A stretch of DNA of 64,000 nt from the human T2T-CHM13v2.0 reference genome, Homo sapiens: NCBI RefSeq assembly GCF_009914755.1, contig NC_060944.1; one strand, 5' to 3'. Positions within the stretch are counted from its first letter, which is position 1. Each line of letters starts with the position of its first letter. A program made the translations under genes and the position numbers. The notes beneath the pieces were generated by a model that saw nothing but the letters and a program-made list of their open reading frames with translations, was not told where the DNA came from and ran no database searches. Shown one piece after another: positions 63,199 through 64,000 of this stretch.

Positions 63199-64000
63199 AG
63201 GGGCTTACTTTCCTGTGAACCTCAGTTTTTGCCCCTATAGGTGGAATACTAATGGCTGATTAATTCCTGCCTCATCAGATCATTTGAGATTTAAACCAGA
63301 AAAGGCAGACTAGGTGCTTGGCTCCCTGCTGAGAACGTAGTAAGGACTCCCTCGATGTGAGCTCAGGGCAGGTCAGGCAGGTAGCTGGCCTAGACAGCTG
63401 GGGCAGGAGGAGAACATCCGTGCAAAGAGGCTAGAGGCCCTCAGCAGCAGCGTGGTGGCAGCTGTTGGATCGGCTGGCCACACTTCCACAGATCTGGCCC
63501 ATAAGGAGACAACACTCCAGATGGATGTAGGTGGGTTCTTACTTCACAGTGGGCAAGATCAGGTTGGTGTTGGCTCCCACATCCTAGTCCCACAGGGTGA
63601 CCCCAAACTGGAAGGGCCAGACAACAGATGGCATCAGTGGTGGGTCACTCTGTTATTGAGGAAGCAACTCTGGACACAGCTAAGTGGTTTTGTAGTCTTC
63701 ATCTGTACCAAAGTGGGGCAAGATGGAAAGCGCCAAGTCTCACTAGAACGAGGGAGGCCGATGAGAAATGACCGTGCTACAGCTCCTCACAGGACTGCTG
63801 TCTTGCAGCACCCCACGCAGGATCCTAGGGCCTTCCGTCAAGATTTGGGTTGGACTGTGCTTTAGTCTTGCCTATGGGTCTTTTGCAGAAATACACAAGG
63901 TCACCGGGGCCCAGAGAGTAATGAGAGAGGCAGGAAGACATTTGTGCTCACCTAGAACAGTGCCTGGCACATTGTATATGCTCAATTAAAAAGTGTTGGA

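Noticed and set aside
63452-63865. 137-aa ORF / possible processed pseudogene
   Set aside because: I recognise no protein in the frames inspected; no poly(A) or TSD.

Overview
Human (primate) genomic DNA, recognisable from Alu (including a consensus-like AluYb8), L1M, L2, MIR, MaLR/ERVL LTRs and MER/Tigger DNA-transposon fossils. The only gene feature is a CpG-island promoter with a non-coding, ATG-less first exon ending at a canonical GTGAGT donor (exon end 25081, + strand). From memory this exon matches the 5' UTR of EYA2 (20q13), so 1-24.5 kb is upstream intergenic DNA and 25082-64000 is the 5' part of the long intron 1. I found no supportable protein-coding exon, tRNA, rRNA or CRISPR array. 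The ORF track is explained by repeats, GC-rich DNA and chance. I do not see a new biological system. The most noteworthy signals are: (1) several fossil templated-insertion or template-switch scars upstream (1424/4195, 17.0-17.6 kb, 18.5-18.8 kb) and an AT-rich palindrome; (2) a Tigger1 with a third, inverted terminal end; (3) a zero-spacer inverted Alu pair; (4) a young AluYb8; (5) a TE-depleted intron start with homeodomain motif clusters; (6) a candidate uORF-bearing 5'UTR cassette exon and a possible non-AUG Arg-rich N-terminal extension. Repeat subfamily names are from recalled consensus sequences and boundaries are approximate.
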